A stretch of DNA of 63,951 nt, filler included, from Albugo candida (lineage: Eukaryota), in the NCBI GenBank assembly GCA_040437565.1. It is 21 parts of 21 records of this genome, joined end to end, with 100 filler letters (N's around TTAATTAATTAA, not from the genome) between each part and the next. Parts side by side here need not be neighbours in the genome. Positions count along the whole stretch, not along the records: positions 61,109 to 63,951 come from JBDOQK010000261.1; 20 more parts are not named here. One strand, given 5' to 3'. Position numbers and translations under genes: made by a program. Below, piece by piece: positions 61,831-63,951 of this stretch. The notes under the pieces are model-generated. The model was not told where the DNA came from. It made no database searches and saw nothing but the letters and a program-made list of their open reading frames with translations. Position 1 is the stretch's first letter. Every line of letters starts with the position of its first letter.

Positions 61831-63951
61831 ATGGATGAAATTCATGCGTTGTCAGCAATCTTGGGTGCAAAGTTCAATCGAGCTAATGCTCGTATATCGA
61901 GTGTCAGAGACTTAAGATCACGTATATTACTTATCCCAGGTCACACACTGGCGGAAAACGTATGCTTCTTCAGAAAGTAAGCGACGAGTTGATTGAGGAG
62001 ATAATCAAGTCCCATCCTACGCTGAAGAGCTTGAATCTATCAAACAATCAAATAAACGGTCTTGAATTTGTTAGAAAGCTCCCCATCCTCAATAAATTGG
62101 ATGTGAGCTTCAACCAGATTCGCTTTTTACCATCTGATTTTGTGCTTTACAGCCATCAACTGATCGTACTGAACTTGAACAATAACGGCATGTATGTATT
62201 AAACCTCGTGATTCGAACATCTTTCACCCTCGCTGGCTTCTTTCCTGATAGAGCGAATCTACGACCATTGCGCGCGTGCAATTCATTAAAACAATTGCAA
62301 ATTGCACATAATGCGGTCAGCGTATTTGAACAGTTGTATCATCTCCAAGAACTCAAATCGCTTCAAATACTTGAAGCACACAATAATCCAATTGCTGTCA
62401 TTGAGAAATTGTACCGCAACAAAACTATACAAGTTTTGCCGCAGCTACAAGCTCTTGATAACAAGTTGGTGCATTAAGAGAATTGCTTATTGATTCGTCC
62501 ACTTTGCTCATTAATCGTGGTGTATATAAAATAGGGAAATTACATTTTTCGAACGAGTAGCCGCTCGAAATTCAACTCAATCTCAAACGGGTGCAATACA
62601 ATGCGTCAAGGAGCAAAAGCCTTTTCTTGAAGATGAATGTCAGCTGAAAGGTACTAGTAAAGCATTGATTTGACAGAGAGAAATACTAATTCAAGATTCA
62701 AAACGGCTGCATTCGAAGATACCGAACGTGGATTGCTTACTCGTTCAAGCTATCTTGGATCTGATAATTTGGTATCATCGCTACCTCCAGACGATCCATG
62801 GAAAAGTGACTTACAAAGAACACGCAATAACGAGATTCGGAATGAATCTCGAAGTTCTGATTATTACAAGGAACCAGAATTGCTCTCATTCAACCAGCCA
62901 GACACGTCTACACAGCTTTTACAATGTCGAATTGCCGCACTCGAGTCGATGCTCTCAATCCAAGAACAGCATGTTTCCAATGAGTTGGCCGGTACTACAG
63001 CAACATCAGAAGATCGAAGACATGATGATATCCAGCTCGAGAAATCTCATTATGCGCAACTACTGGCTGCATGGCGACGTAAGGTTTTCGAATTGCTAGT
63101 GCAGGCGAAACAATGCGAGCTACAAGTGGATGTTGCGGAAGATCAACGCAACAAAGAGCTCTACACGCTGCAGGCAAGAAATCAAAAGGAAACATGATTG
63201 TGAGAATGATATAAATACTCTGACTTCATCAATTTACTCCAGAACGAACGTATCTCACTACAAGAGCAGATAAAGACGTGGAAGCAAAAACTGCTGGATC
63301 ATTCTGCAAAAAACGAATTGGATAAATTGCAGCTTCGCGACTTTCAAAAAGAGGAAGAAAGAACAAAGCATAAGCTTACTCGAACAGTTCGAGCATTGGC
63401 CTCTGAAAAAGCCAAAGCTGAAATTATCGCACACTCTGTCGCGAATTTTTGCTCGGTAAGTGCTTACTCATCATCTTAATTTGCTTTTGCAAACGCAATC
63501 CTTTGTAGCGGCTTGGACCAGTGATTACCTCAATTGATCGCATACACGATGCTACCTCGAAATTACAATCATACGAAATACGAGTTCATTCGCTTCAAGA
63601 TCGAATTAAAGTTGCTTCGCTCTTACTGAGTCATCGTCATGCTTGGTATCGGAATAATGAAGCAGCCACCGAAATGAAACGGAGGATTCTCAATCGGCAA
63701 ACCTTAATCTCACCTTCGCCGAGACCCCCTTGTGATGATAATAACATTGAAAAGAGGCAACGACCTGGGAGTAAAACCCAGCAGATCCGACATGGCTTAC
63801 AAAAAGCTGTTCGGGCCGTCTTTGATGAATTGGATATATACAAGACTGGTATAATATCACGTGAGTCATTCGTTGGCGCTTTAAGTTCTAGCGACAGGGT
63901 TCTTCTCGCGCTCGGTGATGATATAACCAGAAAACGCTTTGCAAAGCGTTT
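61831..63951 (+). CDS. Multi-exon protein: SDS22-like leucine-rich repeats + CCHCR1/HCR-like coiled coil + degenerate EF-hand, 3'-truncated
   Basis: LKSLNLSNNQI, LNKLDVSFNQI, LRR cap NNPI...YRNKTIQVLPQLQALD, RIAALESMLSIQE...LLAAWRRKVFELLVQ, VRAVFDELDIYKTGIISRESF. The exon 1 junction is uncertain. Confidence 0.8.

Overview
This window is not a continuous locus. It is 21 small contigs (about 2.85-3.15 kb, sorted by decreasing length) joined by 20 identical 100-nt spacers (44 N + TTAATTAATTAA + 44 N), so adjacency across a spacer has no biological meaning. The contigs appear to come from three sources; this is inferred from composition, intron style and protein motifs, not from a database search. 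(1) Mid-GC, oomycete-like (Albugo-type) contigs carry decayed Copia, Gypsy and LINE elements, a RING-coiled coil-PX gene, a frameshifted PITSLRE/CDK11-type kinase, a frameshifted secreted protein behind an oomycete Inr/FPR promoter, an LRR/CCHCR1-like/EF-hand gene and a 1.2-kb-arm palindrome. (2) Very AT-rich, intron-rich, Mucorales-like fungal contigs are almost all transposon DNA: a spliceable KDZ (Kyakuja-Dileera-Zisupton) transposase, two CACTA/EnSpm-like transposases, a 2.9-kb CACTG-TIR non-autonomous element, two hAT copies, an intact Ty3/Gypsy gag-pol 5' half and two probable accessory genes. (3) One GC-rich alphaproteobacterial (sphingomonad-like) contig carries GT1 glycosyltransferase, ECF sigma, FecR and a TonB-dependent receptor. 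I saw no rRNA, tRNA or CRISPR array, and no clearly new multi-gene system. The best leads are the fungal transposon set, the fold-back palindrome and two unusual domain architectures.
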